Shown: positions 61,400 through 64,000 of the stretch, in pieces
Position numbering within the stretch: position 1 is the first letter of the stretch
Layout of the letters: every line of letters begins with the position of its first letter
Source of the DNA: Psammoneis japonica
Lineage: Eukaryota
Reading direction: 5' to 3'
Assembly (NCBI GenBank): GCA_008632985.1
Contig: QPGO01000041.1
Coordinates: 310,001 to 374,000 of the forward strand
Length of the DNA: 64,000 nt
The notes under the pieces: generated by a model
The model's database searches: none
Told to the model about the DNA's origin: nothing
Seen by the model: only the letters and a program-made list of their open reading frames with translations
Program-made: the position numbers and the translations under genes

Positions 61400-63360
61400 T
61401 TGTAAATAGAATCAACACAATCTCAGCAATGTCATTGTGCTCATTCTTTTGTTTGCAGAAATGACACTAAAAAATTCAATGACATCACAGGAATTGACAT
61501 CAACAATTTGCCTCATTGCAGATCACCAAAAGACAACAGCTTTCAAAAGGAAAAATGAAGACAAGAAGTGTTGTGAGAGTCCAGCAAGGCTTTTTGCAGT
61601 TGAGCCATTGTTTTCCCATCAATGCAGACAGCAACTCTCTGAACAGTGCATCATGCACAACAAATTTGCTGTTGCAACAAATGGGGTGGCGGTCTGCGAG
61701 CATGTCCAAATGTGGCCACCAGGGACAACAGTGAAACAACAAGTGGATGGAATGGAACACGAATTGTTGGCAGTCACTGACAAGGACAGATTGCACTGCT
61801 GGGCAAAGTGCAATTCTTGAGACAGTTGGATGCTGAAGCCAACATCTCTTCATCTTGTTGCCAAGTTTTGAACATGTGGCACAGTCAGCTGTCCTGGTCT
61901 GGCTCCGGCTCCACCAGTTGCTTGCTTTGATCAACTCATTCCACCGGCAATGGAGTGCCCATGCTTGGACAAACAGTGTCAGCAACTGATGGACAAGGCA
62001 CATTTCATGTGGCTTCTCTGCCACTTTTGGTGCTTTGAATGTCCCAGGAGGAGAGCATCCATTGCAAGGAGTGATCTCCTCAGTCAAAGTGGAGCTTCAT
62101 CACAAGCAAGAAGCAATTTACAAAAATGGGCTGGCATGGAAAGGGCCTGTCAAAAACACTGTTTCAAAATTTCAATTTGTGGAAATCATGCCCTGCAATG
62201 AAACTGCAGAGAGAGGATTGAGCAACACAATGTTCAGAATTTTGAAATCAATTGGAAGTTTGACAGGGGATGAAAATGGTCAAATTGTCACTCTGCAAGA
62301 ATTGCCAAAAACTGCCGCCTCATGGTGTGCAGCAACCAACTCACCATTGAGCATGTCTCCACTCTTGTTGACCCAACAAGCTCATGAAGTGGGCCATTGA
62401 AAGCAATGACCCCCCAGGTTGGCAAGTGCTTTTCTCAGAGCTGCAGAGTCCCTGTGTCCCGTTGTTGGTGATCTGCATGTGGAGATGCATGTTGTTGCTG
62501 GCATGTGCTCACTGTTTTATGGCAGATTCCTCTGACCAATCCAAGTGGCACTTGGTTGAATGTGCATCCAATGAAACACAATTCCCTGCCACAAAACATC
62601 TTCAAAAATGCTGGCCTTGGTTCACAACCAGCTCACCTGACTCATCTGTTGTAAATTGAGTGAAACTGTGACCAAAGAGAAAGGATGTTGTCAGTGGACA
62701 GTGGTTAGAAAGATGAAGAGAACACTGGCTCAATGAGACCCATGGCAAGACAAATCCTCATCAAAGACCTGTCTCCAACAAGCCAGCTCCTGTTGATGTG
62801 GCAATGCCACTGCCAGCCTGGAATCATTCACAGAAAAGAAGAGAAAGTCATGTGTCAGACAAGAAGCTGGACTTGCCATGAAATTTTTTGATTGGGGCAA
62901 AAGCCACAAGGAGCACAAATGGGCAATGGGAATTGGCAATCCTTGCCCATGCAAGATTCTCAGAAAGCACCTTCTTCCATTTTTTGCCAGTTTCAGCAAA
63001 CCAAACTACATTGATTTATTTGCTGCATCCATGGATGCCATCAGTCCAATTCAAGCTTGGTGGGGGGAAAGCACAAGAGGTCTGAACTGGTGTGCATCAT
63101 GCACAATGCACGCAATTCAGGGAGTGGGGTTAAACAGAAGAATTGCAGTGCACCTTTTGCATGACTGTTGCCAAATTGTGGATGAAAAGGGAAGGATGAC
63201 ATTGGAAGAAGACAATTTCCTCTGGAATGATGCACCTGTTGCCATTTTCAAGTTTGGCATGGAAGCAAAGAAGAGTCAAAATTCACAGAATTCCACCTCA
63301 GAGTCAAACGCAATCAGTCGTCTTTTTGGAGATCTGGCCAGGAAACTGGCAGCATGATCT
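61400..63360 (+). pseudogene. DUF6589-like (transposon-associated) protein relic
   Basis: CSNQLTIEHV at 62328 back-corrects to CGDQLTIERV; VVGDLHVEMH...LFYGRFL*PIQVALG* at 62461; LLPFFASFSKPNY near 62970; boundaries approximate. Confidence 0.6.
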
Positions 63361-64000
63361 CAAAAACATGTGCAACATGAAGAAAAGAAAACATGGTAAG
63401 ATTGAATTGGAGGGTGGTGTTGACAGTTCCAGAGAAGATGCCACAGATGATGATTGGGACCCAGCAGGTGCTGACAATCAAGACAGCATTGCAAAGATGT
63501 GCAAGTGCATTTGCATCCAGTGGTGAAGAAAGGAGAAAGTGTTGCTGCAAATGGACTCCACAAGCTCAAGACCTTGAAATTCAACAAAAACAAGCAAGTG
63601 CACAAGCACAAGAGATCATGTGAAAGGTTGGCAAAGACAGGAGAGCTGGGTGCTGGATGTAAAAAGCACACAGAGAGCCACTCAAGTGCCAAATCTTCCA
63701 CTGCCTTCTCAGCCCTTGAAATTGCTTGAAGACTGTTCAGGAAATGAGGAGAGTGAGGCCCTTGCATTTCAAACAATCCAGTTGCTGCTCCCAGATGGAA
63801 AGGAGCCACCAAGACATTTTCAAGTTGAGGGAACGGCCCGGCGGAGGGGCACATGTCCAAAGTGGGAACAGGTGTGGTGCTGCCAATGACATTCTCATTT
63901 TGCTGAAGTCATCATGACAGAAAAACAAGCCGGGGAAATCCATGGGAGGAACAAACAAGCAAGGAAGAAATCCAACAAGCAGAAAAAGGATGAAGCCAGC

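Larger units (their letters stand above)
52000..64000. other. TpA/CpG-depleted hypermutated repeat domain 3 (most advanced)
   Basis: Both TA and CG are very rare over 12 kb and continue to the window end. Confidence 0.92.

Noticed and set aside
52000..64000. Classical fungal RIP
   Set aside because: RIP turns CA/TG into TA and lowers GC; here TA is lost and CA/TG gained.
3700..64000. Dozens of short Cys/His-rich ORFs in the depleted domains as metal-binding genes
   Set aside because: They are explained by loss of TAA/TAG and gain of TGY/CAY codons; they overlap in all frames with no coherent motifs.

Overview
Eukaryotic DNA, most likely from a pennate diatom. This is inferred from short GT-AG introns, STAND-ATPase, DUF1996 and GST gene types, and diatom-style tyrosine-recombinase (YR) retroelement motifs. 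The window is a mosaic of two sequence states with fairly sharp borders. (1) Ordinary gene-dense euchromatin: GST, CS-domain protein, STAND ATPase, sirtuin, DUF1996, Kelch, claudin-like, PH-kinase, beta-helix and Cys-rich secreted proteins. (2) Transposon graveyards at about 3.7-10.27 kb, 15.95-16.5 kb, 22.1-34.43 kb and 52-64 kb, where TpA is almost eliminated and CpG is partly to largely eliminated, both converted to TpG/CpA. Paired copies inside the window show the direction of change directly (TA->TG/CA and CG->TG/CA): a paralogous gene end, the TIRs and a TTAA target-site duplication. This points to a repeat/heterochromatin-restricted, RIP-like hypermutation process with an unusual TpA (A:T->G:C) arm, and it is the main candidate for an undescribed system here. 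Back-correcting the signature resolves a complete hAT element, a Zator-like element with a TTAA-TSD MITE nested in its TIR, a long-TIR element carrying an EamA transporter copy, a DIRS/Ngaro-like retroelement and a DUF6589 relic. All alignments were done by eye; no database searches or counts by software were run.
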